From a virus (Duplodnaviria > Caudoviricetes), in IMG/VR virus record IMGVR_UViG_3300028624_000003, positions 64,001 to 128,000 of that record: a stretch of DNA of 64,000 nucleotides; one strand, written 5' to 3'. This document shows positions 9,411-19,905 of the stretch, one piece after another (position 1 is the first letter of the stretch; the number at the start of each line of letters is the position of its first letter). Made by a program: the position numbers and the translations under genes. The notes below the pieces were generated by a model that was not told the origin of the DNA, ran no database searches, and saw only the letters and a program-made list of their open reading frames with translations.

Positions 9411-11132
9411 CTAGTATTTGAAGAATTCATCCTTCGCTAGTTCAGCCATCTCTGCGTAGTTGGGCAAGCCGAAATAATCGTGACCAATCCAAACTGCATT
9501 CTCCACAGGATTTGCGATCCCTCCGAACAGTGGTTCAATGAGCTCAGTAGGTACACCTTCGATTGCCACAGTAGTCGAAAGCTTGGTTTCTTTCGAGATC
9601 CCGTATCCTGACTTGTACGAAGGATAGATTGCTTTGTAGTCAACGTCAGACACACATACAAGAATCATTGATTCGTAGTCTGGTCGTTCTATTACGCAAT
9701 TTGTTCCGATGTCTTTGCAAAGATCTGCACGCAGAACTGCACCACCGACTTTGCCGAGCAGATGGTCGTACGGTCCTGTCATATCTTTACCAGTGGTAGC
9801 GAAGACACGATTGTGTGCCAGTGCAAACTTATAGTAGTTGTCCCTGAGCATGACAGACTGTTTAGAGAATGCGCTCAGTGGACTGTCACCAGTCAGGTTC
9901 CACATAGCAGTAGTGTCGTGGTTCTTTTCTTCCATCAGTACTTCGAGTAATGCGTCCTGTATGTTGTAGACTACATACTCGCAGAAATATTCTGATTGCA
10001 TTTTGTGGTGGTCTGCAGAATACTGACTGATTTCCGAATCACCGAATGTCATCTTACCAAAACCTAGTTCTTCGGTGGCGATGAAATCCAGTTTGTATGT
10101 AGGCTTCTTTTTGTCAGTTTTTCTTATTCTGGCATACAGAAGCATGCTATCGACGAATTGTGACATAGAAGTACAATACAACCAGTGCCACTTATCCGCG
10201 ATGTGTTGTGTGTTCTTCTTATCTCTGATATAGTGGAAATGTTTCCACCTGTCCGGAACTGAAGGATGACTGAACACATCTTCGGGACGAACTCCATAGT
10301 AATTCAGCCTGTCTACGATTTTTGGTATGTCGTAGTCTATGTTCCAGATACCGATAAAGTCGGTTTCTTCCTTATGGATTTTCTCAAATATCCAGTAGAT
10401 ACATTCCAACTCGGTATCGCAGATCTCCAAGTTCAAATTGTAGTCTACAGTCTTTGCACCATCTGGATATGGCAGAGTTATACGTAACTTACCATCAGGA
10501 AGGAATTCTCCTAAATATTTGGTAATTGCTTCATAGATATCATCGCGATATGCTTTCTTTTTGTGACCGTCTTCATACCGCCACATAAAGTCATCTAGTA
10601 CTGCGGTGTAGATAGTTCCGTTCGTAATAAACGTGATGACGTTAATTCGTTTACAACCAAGCACGCTTGATTCGATGTCAAATCCACCGAATGTGATTGG
10701 TGCAGTAGCATGTGCTCTACTGTTGTTATACTTCATTCGAACTAGAGCTTCCATGCTCACGTCGGCATTGTAGATAAACGGAGAGTTGCACAACTCACGC
10801 AAACCTACTTTCTTATATTCAGGATATCCTAGTATTTGCTTCAGATCGTCTACAAGATATCTGTCATCGCAGATGTACATGTCGACTTTATTCATTTCTT
10901 CAGTTTCTTTTTTGTCTTTATGATTACGAAACTGAGGCTTAGTCACGAATATACGCCGTTTAGGATTAAGCAGCGCATTGTCGTTCACTGTCAACCGATT
11001 ACGGACTTCAAGTACATCGCTTGTATCGGAATCTATTGTCACGATCTTTTCTTTGACGATCATGTTGTTGCCGAAGTTATTTCTAACGTAACAACTGTGT
11101 ATCCACTGTCTAGCAGTAATAGGGGTACCCAT
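9411..11132 (-). CDS. Family B DNA polymerase, exonuclease-containing part of a split phiKZ-type enzyme
   Basis: Exo motifs FDIES, WNIDYD, YNIQD; GGAV and motif A DVDYKAIYPS near C-terminus; motifs B/C absent. Confidence 0.85.
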   Translation of the reverse strand: MGTPITARQWIHSCYVRNNFGNNMIVKEKIVTIDSDTSDVLEVRNRLTVNDNALLNPKRRIFVTKPQFRNHKDKKETEEMNKVDMYICDDRYLVDDLKQILGYPEYKKVGLRELCNSPFIYNADVSMEALVRMKYNNSRAHATAPITFGGFDIESSVLGCKRINVITFITNGTIYTAVLDDFMWRYEDGHKKKAYRDDIYEAITKYLGEFLPDGKLRITLPYPDGAKTVDYNLNLEICDTELECIYWIFEKIHKEETDFIGIWNIDYDIPKIVDRLNYYGVRPEDVFSHPSVPDRWKHFHYIRDKKNTQHIADKWHWLYCTSMSQFVDSMLLYARIRKTDKKKPTYKLDFIATEELGFGKMTFGDSEISQYSADHHKMQSEYFCEYVVYNIQDALLEVLMEEKNHDTTAMWNLTGDSPLSAFSKQSVMLRDNYYKFALAHNRVFATTGKDMTGPYDHLLGKVGGAVLRADLCKDIGTNCVIERPDYESMILVCVSDVDYKAIYPSYKSGYGISKETKLSTTVAIEGVPTELIEPLFGGIANPVENAVWIGHDYFGLPNYAEMAELAKDEFFKY

Positions 11133-11207
11133 TGCAATCCTCGCGATCTTTGAGCTGGAATGGAAACTATACCATTAGTGTCAGTGGCTAAAATAAACAT
11201 AAAGCAA

Positions 11208-11247
11208 AGAGGAGAGGTGGACCCCCCGAAGGGTCCACCTCTCTTCT
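11208..11247 (-). terminator. Terminator after capsid gene
   Basis: Long stem gagaggtggaccc / gggtccacctctc; T-rich tail on minus strand. Confidence 0.7.
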
Positions 11248-11273
11248 GTTTGGGCCGTATCTGGAGGATACGA

Positions 11274-13595
11274 TTACGGACGGGGATCCATGACCGGGTA
11301 CTTGGACCAGTCGATGGGAGTGTTGATGTCCGGCAGAATGGTTTCAAGATCCTGCACAGTGATCAGCAGACCCGACGGGCACAGGGGCACGGGCATTTCA
11401 CGGTTGTTCATGTACATGCGCTTGTTGACCTGGTTGGTGTCAACCGGGGTGTAGGTGGACACGAACTGACCACCATCCCAGTTGTGCGCGAAGGACAGAT
11501 CGGATGCAGGATCAGCCGCATGGAACGGAATGATCATGATCTTGTCCTGCATGTAGTCGAAGGTCGTCGAGATGCACTCGAGACGAACGCCAGAAGGCAG
11601 AATGCGCACGAATTCGACAGGCTCGCCGATCTCCTTCTTCTGGTAGATCCGCTCCGCATCCATGCCCTGAGGCATCTGATGATTGTGGATGTGCGGGATC
11701 GAAAGGAGGCACTCGATGATGGGCCCGGAGGTCAGCACCTTGTAGGTGGGGATTTCGCCGTTGTTCAGCTGCTGTACGTACAGCGAGCGGAAGTGCAGGA
11801 TCGAGATCATCTTCGTCAGATACGCATCAACGTACTGACGGATGTCGCCGAGCATGTCGGACGAACGGATGTTCACGACCTTGCTGAGCTGGATGGAGCC
11901 CATCATGACGGTCGGGTTGACACGCTGACCGGACACGAACGCGGTGTTCAGAGTGGCACCGTCGTTGGCGTTGCGGTAGTTGGGATCGTTGGCTTCCATG
12001 CGGCTCTGGTCATGGACATGACGCATGAGCTTCAGGAACATCTGCAGGTTACGGTGGTCGATACCGATGGCCTGAACTTCCTGACCGGTGTTCAGTACGT
12101 GTTCGGCGACCGCCTGCTGCATGGAGAAGTCGACAACGATCGACTTGCCCTGGGGCAGTTCGTAGTGGGCAGTGTAGGTCTGCGTACGAACAGCCATGTT
12201 GACCTTGCGCATGTTTTCGTCGCTGAACTTGGCGTCAAGCGAGTAACCCACGGGCGAGATCTTGATGCTGTTGGCAAGGGTGCGCACGGCTTCAGTCACG
12301 GGGCTACCGTTGGCAGTGCGTGCCATCGCAGTCATGTTCGCAATGGCGAAAGCCACCGCAGTCTTCAGGTTGATCTCGGTGGACACGAAGATCTTCAGTT
12401 CGACGATGTCGTTGCCGGCAGGGTCGATGGTGGAGAAGATCGCCGTAGCAGCACCGCCGCTGGTCTTGGTGTCCTTGTTCATCTTCACGCTGACCGTGAG
12501 CTGAGTGGCACGTTCACCAGAGTCATTCACCTGTGCAGGCATGACGAGACGAGACTTCTTCGCAGCAGACACGTCAACGACCATGCGTTCGGTGATCTCG
12601 CTGCCACCTTCAGGGGTGTAGGTCAGGTCGAAGTACACCTTGTCGAGGATGACACCTTCCGAGACGAGGTCGGTGTAGTTGTAGTTGTTGTAGCCGATCT
12701 TCGTGGGGTCGAGTGTCAGGTCAAACATGTTGACACGCGCACCGAACATCATCACGCCGTCAGCCACGAGCTTGGGATTCGTCGGATCGGTGTCCTTGTC
12801 CTTCATCGGGACAATGGGTACCAGCTGCATCTGTACGGGATTGGGGTTGCGGTACAGCGACACGATCGGGAGACGATGGTCGTAGCTGTTGCGCACGTCG
12901 CCGGACTGGTTCTGCGACTTGGTGAGGTCGTAGAATTCGTCAGCGTGAATCACGTACTGGATGACCGAGCCAGCGAGGGTGTGACGATGAATCAGTCGGC
13001 TCATGATACCCTTGTGGGGCTTGAGCAGATTGACAGTCATGGCCAGACGCACGTCGGGAAGAACCACGTCCATCGAAGCACCGAATGCTTCACTGCCGGG
13101 ACGCACTTCGCCGAAGGTGACATCGGACAGAGCGGCAGCGGGGTACATGTTCGTGTAGGGACGGCAGTCCGAGTTGCCACGATTGTCCCATTGAGCGGTC
13201 TGAACCGTGCGGGAGATGTGACGCTGCAGCGTCTGGAACATCGCGGTGGCAGTTTCAGCACGCTTACCTGCGGGAATGTGCAGTTCTTCGCACAGTTCAA
13301 GCAACGAGTCTGCTATGCTGCGGCTGACGAGAGAGTCCTGAGTCGCCGTGGAAGGCATGTAGGATTCCATCGCACGAGCTTCTGAGTAGCAGAAGTTGTT
13401 GTCCCAAAGATTGGAACCGTAGAGCGAATGATCGTTCAGGAACTTCACCACTGCGTTGTAGGCCTTGCCCACGAGACTGCGGTCCTGAATCGACATCTGC
13501 TTGTCGAAAGTCGGCATCCCTACGACAGGAATACCCTTCAGTTCTGCGGAGGCGCGCAGATCGCGTTCAAATGCTGCAAAAATTTCATTACCCAT
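11274..13595 (-). CDS. Major capsid protein (phiKZ gp120-like)
   Basis: About 773 aa from MGNEIF (aggag RBS); extreme codon bias; helicase-ORF-capsid synteny as in phiKZ gp118-120; AME and GSE candidate protease sites. Confidence 0.8.
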   Translation of the reverse strand: MGNEIFAAFERDLRASAELKGIPVVGMPTFDKQMSIQDRSLVGKAYNAVVKFLNDHSLYGSNLWDNNFCYSEARAMESYMPSTATQDSLVSRSIADSLLELCEELHIPAGKRAETATAMFQTLQRHISRTVQTAQWDNRGNSDCRPYTNMYPAAALSDVTFGEVRPGSEAFGASMDVVLPDVRLAMTVNLLKPHKGIMSRLIHRHTLAGSVIQYVIHADEFYDLTKSQNQSGDVRNSYDHRLPIVSLYRNPNPVQMQLVPIVPMKDKDTDPTNPKLVADGVMMFGARVNMFDLTLDPTKIGYNNYNYTDLVSEGVILDKVYFDLTYTPEGGSEITERMVVDVSAAKKSRLVMPAQVNDSGERATQLTVSVKMNKDTKTSGGAATAIFSTIDPAGNDIVELKIFVSTEINLKTAVAFAIANMTAMARTANGSPVTEAVRTLANSIKISPVGYSLDAKFSDENMRKVNMAVRTQTYTAHYELPQGKSIVVDFSMQQAVAEHVLNTGQEVQAIGIDHRNLQMFLKLMRHVHDQSRMEANDPNYRNANDGATLNTAFVSGQRVNPTVMMGSIQLSKVVNIRSSDMLGDIRQYVDAYLTKMISILHFRSLYVQQLNNGEIPTYKVLTSGPIIECLLSIPHIHNHQMPQGMDAERIYQKKEIGEPVEFVRILPSGVRLECISTTFDYMQDKIMIIPFHAADPASDLSFAHNWDGGQFVSTYTPVDTNQVNKRMYMNNREMPVPLCPSGLLITVQDLETILPDINTPIDWSKYPVMDPRP

Positions 13596-13636
13596 GGATA
13601 AGCTCCTGAGGAGGCTGATGTTGATGAAGTGCACTT

Positions 13637-15133
13637 CTATACATCAATTTCTACTGCGAACTGGCGGAGGACCGACTTGGTGGTATCTGCATCCACTATG
13701 TCAATCCAATCCGAGATCCACATCCGAAGGAATGCGACAGTTTCATTGGACATACTGGACGGGGGATTGTTGACGAGATTGACGAGAGCGTTTGTGGCAG
13801 CCTTGCGGAACATGAAGTCCGAGAAGGTTTCTGCTGTGACGATTTTGAAGATAATGGCAGTAGGATCTTCCGGTTCTTTCACTGTGTCTGTCAGTTGATC
13901 GGCGCCATCGCCGGAACCGGAGTCACCAGAGTCGGTACCCGACTCATCACCAAAATCATCATCACCGCCAAAGTCATCGCCAGTGTCGCTACCGAGATCA
14001 TCACCACCTGCATCGTCTGCAGAAGGATCTTCACTCGGATCCTCACCATCGTCAGAGTCCGGATCAGTATCCGGATCATCTGGCAATGGATCGGCGTCAG
14101 GAGTGCCCTGATCATCATCCTCGTTTTCATCGTCGTCCGGTTTATCTTCTTCCGCTGCAGCTGCTTCCATTGCGGCGCGCAGTTTGTAAGGTTTAAGGAA
14201 CGAAAGCTCGGCATACTTTTCAAATGCTACCATGTCGGTAGTGAGCGGATTCGCTTTCAGAAGAAAAGATGCGTCATACCCAAAACCAGAAAGAATGAAG
14301 CCAAGAGATTCCAGAGAATCTACGTCCATACGATAACGTGACTGCAGTAGCTGAAATGACCTCAAAAACTCGTTACGTGCGCCTCTGGTATTCACCATGT
14401 TGGTATCACGGTTCCGAAGAATTGAGTTCAGAGCACCAGCGAGAGTCTTGGGTGCATCGTAGGTGGCGTAAGGCTCAACATAGAAAGATTGCAATGTTGC
14501 GACAAACTGTTTCCAGTTTTGTCCAGTCCAATCAAGTCGGTGGAGATATTCCAGTGCAGGCGTATTCGAGAAAGTCGCACTCGCCTGAAGATCGCACGAA
14601 GCAAACCGCTTAGGAACAAAAACGACTGAGTGCCCGCCGCTCTTGATGTTCTGCAGTGTAGGAACCAGCAGCAGAGCGCCATTATACCGCTCACGCTTAT
14701 CCTTGCGCATGGTCTTCAGATAGGGTACATAGAAATCCTCTTCCAGCATCTGGAACTTCGGATCGCATGTCGCACAATCGCCGAGTATCATCGTCAGTCC
14801 GGTGTAGTCCACGATGGGTTTACCGTGCAGCAATGTCGACATGATCGACACATACCTCTGATAGAGGTCACTCGACATAGTATTCGTATTTTCAGGAATG
14901 CTGGTGGGAACCAGTCTGAGCATTCGCTGCAGATACTGCTCCATGGAGGGAGCTGCGCCGCTGTTCATTTCGGCGATATACCGAGCGAGAAACGCCTGAG
15001 TGACAAATACTTTTACCTTGTTCTGTGGTGCAATGTCGGCTGCCGCCAACTCTTCGATGGACATAAAGTTCCCAGGAAGAGCACCGGGGTCGGTGACGGA
15101 ACTCACTTTGTTGACACAAAGAAACTGGATCAT
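13637..15133 (-). CDS. Virion/head protein with Asp-rich low-complexity segment (phiKZ gp119 position)
   Basis: Start MIQF with ggagg RBS; lies between helicase and capsid gene. Confidence 0.6.
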   Translation of the reverse strand: MIQFLCVNKVSSVTDPGALPGNFMSIEELAAADIAPQNKVKVFVTQAFLARYIAEMNSGAAPSMEQYLQRMLRLVPTSIPENTNTMSSDLYQRYVSIMSTLLHGKPIVDYTGLTMILGDCATCDPKFQMLEEDFYVPYLKTMRKDKRERYNGALLLVPTLQNIKSGGHSVVFVPKRFASCDLQASATFSNTPALEYLHRLDWTGQNWKQFVATLQSFYVEPYATYDAPKTLAGALNSILRNRDTNMVNTRGARNEFLRSFQLLQSRYRMDVDSLESLGFILSGFGYDASFLLKANPLTTDMVAFEKYAELSFLKPYKLRAAMEAAAAEEDKPDDDENEDDDQGTPDADPLPDDPDTDPDSDDGEDPSEDPSADDAGGDDLGSDTGDDFGGDDDFGDESGTDSGDSGSGDGADQLTDTVKEPEDPTAIIFKIVTAETFSDFMFRKAATNALVNLVNNPPSSMSNETVAFLRMWISDWIDIVDADTTKSVLRQFAVEIDV

Positions 15134-15276
15134 CTGCTCCTCCCGAAATGGAAGTTTATTTGTAGTATAGCGCATAACATATATTTTGGAACCCCGTAAT
15201 TTTAAGAATGTGTCTTTATCTACGCCGAATTGGATAGTATGTCTCGCTACCTAAGTAACTATCCGGAGTACTTCAA

Positions 15277-16830
15277 ATGGCCGTCATAACAACCGAAGTC
15301 TTACTTGATGCACTCGCACTAATATCGTCAGGTAAAGACCCGCGAGATGTAGAAATCATCGACGATCTGATTGAAATCTATACCAATGATCAAAAGAGCA
15401 ATAGCGCACTAGAAGATGGTCTCACGAGAAAGTTCATTTCTATATTGAACACAATGAAGACTACACAGAATGACGAGAAAGGTGCACGTGATCGTAAAGC
15501 ACTTTTGCTCGGCTTCTTCTCTGACCCCATCATTAAGAATGATGAACTTACCTATCGCACAATGCGAGAGCTATTCGACTCGGTCGAGAATGCCCCTGAA
15601 AAAGTACAAGAGAGCATCGTCGAAGATATTCGCAGAAAGCTCAAAAACAATATTCTCTGGAATAGAACCAACAAGTACGTTCGCAGAATGTACGGCAAAT
15701 TGAACTCGTGTAATCTTACCACAGACATCGAAGAGCAAGAACGCAACATCAATGACGTAATCATGATGGCTCGTGATTTGACAGATGTCGCAAAAGATAC
15801 TGATCGACTTGCCAAAGGCTCTGTCGAAAGAATTGATATGTCTAACCTCGACTCCATCAAGAAAGCGGTCGAGCGTTACAAATCTCGAAAAGTAAACGGG
15901 ATACTTCATACCGGTTTACAAGGACTGGATAGACTCACTGGGCACCGTAGAGGGTTGGCTCGTGGCGAATCTGTATGTATCTACGCACTACTGCACAACT
16001 TCAAGTCCGGCTTACTTATGACTATTGCCAGAGGGATTATCTGCTATAACGATCCCCCGGTTGACTGTTGTGGTAAGCCCGCAGTACTGTTCATCAGTCT
16101 AGAGAACGAAGCAAACGAAAACATGATGTGGTTTTACAAAACCGCATATGAAGGAATTTATCGCAAATCCTCGAGAGACATCTCAGAAGAAGAAATCATC
16201 GAAAGAGTCCATGACATTTATCATCGTCGTGGATGGGCATTATTCATTGAGCGATGGGAAGGTACGAAGTTTGGTGCACAAGAGTTCATCAACTTGGTGG
16301 AATCGTACATCGCTCAAGGTTACGATATCGTCGCGGCATTTGTAGACTATGCTTCAAAGATGAAGAAAGCTAGTGGTGCAGGTGGTAAAGATCGTCGAGA
16401 TGACTTAGCTATCTCTGATCTCTACAACGACATGTGTACGTTCACCAAAACGAGAGGTATTCTGTTTGTTACTGCTCACCAGTTAAACCGAGAGGCAATG
16501 AAACTGGTAGCAAGTGCAGGGAATAACCACGTCAAGAAATTTTCAGCAGCGTTTGCAGGAAACAGCATCGGTGCGTCACAGGAAATAGACCTGGAAATAT
16601 TTGTACACCTAGAGACAAACCATCTAGGTAAAAAGTATCTCACTGCTTTCCGTGGAAAGCATAGATACGTAGACGACACTCCTGAAGCTCACAAGTATTT
16701 TGCACAAGAATTCACAGAATTTGGGATAGTCAGTGACCATGATACAGAACCTGCATACATCACTGACATCTACGCTGAACGTACAGAAGACACAACAAGT
16801 GATACACTCGAGTTCAGTGCATTATTCTAA
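15277..16830 (+). CDS. dnaB: DnaB-like replicative helicase
   Basis: TGLQGLDRL, degenerate Walker A ALLHNFKS, FISLEN, VDY, TAHQLNR. Confidence 0.88.
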   Translation: MAVITTEVLLDALALISSGKDPRDVEIIDDLIEIYTNDQKSNSALEDGLTRKFISILNTMKTTQNDEKGARDRKALLLGFFSDPIIKNDELTYRTMRELFDSVENAPEKVQESIVEDIRRKLKNNILWNRTNKYVRRMYGKLNSCNLTTDIEEQERNINDVIMMARDLTDVAKDTDRLAKGSVERIDMSNLDSIKKAVERYKSRKVNGILHTGLQGLDRLTGHRRGLARGESVCIYALLHNFKSGLLMTIARGIICYNDPPVDCCGKPAVLFISLENEANENMMWFYKTAYEGIYRKSSRDISEEEIIERVHDIYHRRGWALFIERWEGTKFGAQEFINLVESYIAQGYDIVAAFVDYASKMKKASGAGGKDRRDDLAISDLYNDMCTFTKTRGILFVTAHQLNREAMKLVASAGNNHVKKFSAAFAGNSIGASQEIDLEIFVHLETNHLGKKYLTAFRGKHRYVDDTPEAHKYFAQEFTEFGIVSDHDTEPAYITDIYAERTEDTTSDTLEFSALF

Positions 16831-16840
16831 TTTATATAAA

Positions 16841-16869
16841 GTAGACTGGCCCGAAAGGTGCCAGTCTAC
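16841..16869 (+). terminator. Hairpin
   Basis: gtagactggc / gccagtctac. Confidence 0.55.
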
Positions 16870-16918
16870 CTGAAGAAATACTATGCTCTATCCATATTGA
16901 AACATCAGGGGGTTACCC

Positions 16919-19741
16919 GTGAAAAGTAATAACATCAGCATGTTCCCCGTGCATCGTGCAGGTGCTGCGATATCTGGGGACGGAATGACGGCGAGTAAAG
17001 TAGATACTGCAGAACTCGTCATCGGTAGTGCTGCCGCAGTTACCTCCGTAGCAGTGGACGAGGTAGAAGGTATTCCGTCTGAGCTTGTCGGTGGTTCTGC
17101 ATTTAAGAAACAGATGCAGAAAGTGCACGAAAGTATTCGTGACATCGATCCTGACAACAATTTCTTCCGTGACAATACTGTCATTACTCTGCCGCTTCTT
17201 CCGCAATCGTTTGCTGAAGGTGTACTTGGATGGACTCTTGTCAACTGGAAGATAGTCGAAGGGCAGGCTTTCTTTACAGGTACCAACAATCTTCACGAAC
17301 CTAACTACCTCCAGATGGATAGTAGTGTATTCAATTCTCCTGGATACTACTTCCTTCACATCAATGTACCTCGACTCGACTCTGGTGCGCTTAAACTGTA
17401 CGACGCAGGAGGAAATGAACTCTTTGCGATCACGGAGTACGGCACCAAATCATTTGAGATATTTGTAGCAGATCCCACCATTGCCAGCTACAAACTGATT
17501 GCAGATGGTGTATACCCTGACGAAGTACTTTGTGTGGGTAGTGTATCGCTTCATCGAGTTACTCCGCGTCTGAAAGAATATCTCACGTATATTTTTTCTG
17601 GTGAAGGTAACATCGGTGTATCTCGTGAAGAGTTGACTGCGGCTATACGGGAATCCAATCGACTCACTGCCGAGCTCATCGCCAATCAGATTACTCCTAT
17701 ACGAGAGACCTTGGAGGTACACCTCCAAAGTTCCAATCCGCACAACGTCACATGGGAGATGATCGGAGCAGCGGCTGCTAACCATACTCACCAGATAGAA
17801 GATTTTGGTGGTGCTCCTTTACATCACACCCACACTCCTGAAGAGTGTGGCTCAGCTCCTATAGAGCACAGCCATACTCCTGAACAATGTGGTGCAGCTC
17901 CTGTAAATCACGGGCATACTGCAACTGAAGTTGGCGCATCTCCTTACGACCATACACATACGCCAGAATCCATTGGAGCGGCCAAGGATGTTCACACGCA
18001 CTCACTCGAAGACCTCGGGGCCGCCGCAAAACTGCACGTACACGATGAGTATACGACAGAGCAAGAAGCGGATACGATCGCTCGCACCGCAGCTTACGAG
18101 ATACTTGCGGCTGCCTTGGAACGTACGGCGCCAATGGTTGCTCCCATCACCCTTGCTTCGGCGCCTGCTGGTTCACTTCCTGACAAAATGGAAGATAGTA
18201 GTTTGTCGCATCCTGTGACACCAATCATTCTTCCGTACATAGTGCATAGATCGAGTGGTCACTACGACTACTTTGAAGGAGCTGCTGCTACCAACGTAGC
18301 TACACTGGACGGACATCCGATCCAGTATGCATTCAAGAAGCATCTCACTCCCGCCGATATGACTGCAAACGTAGCCGCGTTCTATTCTGCAACGGAAGAA
18401 CTTCAGGACTATGTACTAATTGAGTACTTCTTCCATACTGTCAGAAAAATTGATGCATACACATTCTTCAAGGATTCCACTGGTGCAATAGGTGGAGTTC
18501 CTACAGAATGGATGCTCATGGTAGATGGTGTACCTGTCAGAGAAACTGCAGGTGAGCATCTGACTTGGTATACTGAGACATCAGTTACTGATGCACTCAA
18601 TCAGCCTGTCACTGGCCGAAGATTCTCATTCGTGGTCAAGAGAGTACATCGAGATGTGAGTGGTAACTGGGGTGTTCGTGTTGAGTTTTCTTTCGCAGAT
18701 GTGGCAGCCGGAAAGATGGCAATCTCCTCACCGATTACATTCATTGGAGCACACTCCGATGGAGTCAAATTGGTGTATCTCGACAGAGTACCTGAAATAG
18801 ATCCAGGACTCACCGAAAAGAACACCCCACTGTACGTGTACGTAGACTACACAAACGAAGCTGCTCCTGTGTTTAAGCTCAGTCCACTTCGTCCTGAGTA
18901 TAGTAACGTAAAGAAGGGGGTACCAGGACTGATTGGTAAGTTCGAAGGAAAGATCAATCAGTACTGGGGTCAACTTTCGGTTACTTCAGAAAATCCTGCA
19001 CATCCGGTAGAGAATATCTACGGAGACGATGAAGGGTACTTCAGATCTGCAGGTGGTGTCACTGATGCCACGATTGTACATCTGTTCAATGAGCCGATCG
19101 ACATTTGTGGTCATCGACTGGTATTTTCTAAGGACACTCTCGACGAGAAGATAGTGCCTGACAAATGGACATTGAAGATGTTCAAATCGGACAATACCGA
19201 AATATTGGTAGAGTCCGTGGAGTCGTATTGCCCTGCACGAGGCAACGGCGATGGTGAACAGACCTGGTGGATTCAGGACTATGATCTGATCTACAAGGAT
19301 ATCGTGAGAGTAGAACTCAAGCTTTATGGTACACGAAACCAGATTGCGTTGGGTCTTTGGAAATTCATCCTGATGTTCGATAGTGTACACTTCAACATAC
19401 GGATGTGTCTACTCTCCCCAGAAACGATGTTTCCTCTGGGAAGACTGGAGTATACAACGAATCACGATAAGTCGTGGGCTGGGATGATTCATAGTGGTCT
19501 GGTACTCGGGGATTCTTGTCATCTACCGATCGACCACTTCAATCCTCAGCCATCTGGAATACGAGTCCACACAATACCGAATCCGTTCGGGACTAAGGAC
19601 ATCGACTACACCGTGTTTGCGTTGGAAATACCCGGACAGCAACAACCATTAGGGAACGTAGAACAGATCACTGATGAGTACATCAGGTTCACCTCTATGG
19701 GTCCTGGTAGATACTCTTTGCGCATATCCAGAAACTGGTAA
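16919..19741 (+). CDS. Tail fibre-like protein with His-x-His repeats and beta-sandwich C-terminal domains
   Basis: SNPH motif followed by about eight HTHTPExxGAA repeats. Confidence 0.7.
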   Translation: MKSNNISMFPVHRAGAAISGDGMTASKVDTAELVIGSAAAVTSVAVDEVEGIPSELVGGSAFKKQMQKVHESIRDIDPDNNFFRDNTVITLPLLPQSFAEGVLGWTLVNWKIVEGQAFFTGTNNLHEPNYLQMDSSVFNSPGYYFLHINVPRLDSGALKLYDAGGNELFAITEYGTKSFEIFVADPTIASYKLIADGVYPDEVLCVGSVSLHRVTPRLKEYLTYIFSGEGNIGVSREELTAAIRESNRLTAELIANQITPIRETLEVHLQSSNPHNVTWEMIGAAAANHTHQIEDFGGAPLHHTHTPEECGSAPIEHSHTPEQCGAAPVNHGHTATEVGASPYDHTHTPESIGAAKDVHTHSLEDLGAAAKLHVHDEYTTEQEADTIARTAAYEILAAALERTAPMVAPITLASAPAGSLPDKMEDSSLSHPVTPIILPYIVHRSSGHYDYFEGAAATNVATLDGHPIQYAFKKHLTPADMTANVAAFYSATEELQDYVLIEYFFHTVRKIDAYTFFKDSTGAIGGVPTEWMLMVDGVPVRETAGEHLTWYTETSVTDALNQPVTGRRFSFVVKRVHRDVSGNWGVRVEFSFADVAAGKMAISSPITFIGAHSDGVKLVYLDRVPEIDPGLTEKNTPLYVYVDYTNEAAPVFKLSPLRPEYSNVKKGVPGLIGKFEGKINQYWGQLSVTSENPAHPVENIYGDDEGYFRSAGGVTDATIVHLFNEPIDICGHRLVFSKDTLDEKIVPDKWTLKMFKSDNTEILVESVESYCPARGNGDGEQTWWIQDYDLIYKDIVRVELKLYGTRNQIALGLWKFILMFDSVHFNIRMCLLSPETMFPLGRLEYTTNHDKSWAGMIHSGLVLGDSCHLPIDHFNPQPSGIRVHTIPNPFGTKDIDYTVFALEIPGQQQPLGNVEQITDEYIRFTSMGPGRYSLRISRNW

Positions 19742-19749
19742 CAACAACT

Positions 19750-19783
19750 CTGAGTAGAGACCCCTCACAGGGTCTCTACTCAG
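19750..19783 (+). terminator. Hairpin terminator
   Basis: ctgagtagagaccc / gggtctctactcag, T tract nearby. Confidence 0.65.
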
Positions 19784-19849
19784 TGTCTACTTTTTTATTC
19801 GCATATGCCGTAATATACGTTACCTCGGAAATCGAAAGAATTCGAGGTA

Positions 19850-19865
19850 TACATTACAATATTGA
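19850..19865 (+). promoter_or_regulatory. Putative early promoter
   Basis: tacattac-aatat-tga. Confidence 0.65.
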
Positions 19866-19905
19866 GATACCTCCACTAACCCTCAACACCATGAGGACTT
19901 CCATC

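Noticed and set aside
11160-13385. 741-aa antisense ORF over the capsid gene (likewise 19876-21864, 48595-50055, 25621-26874, 61415-62392)
   Set aside because: Shadow ORFs caused by sense-strand codon bias (few TTA/CTA/TCA codons); no protein-like motifs
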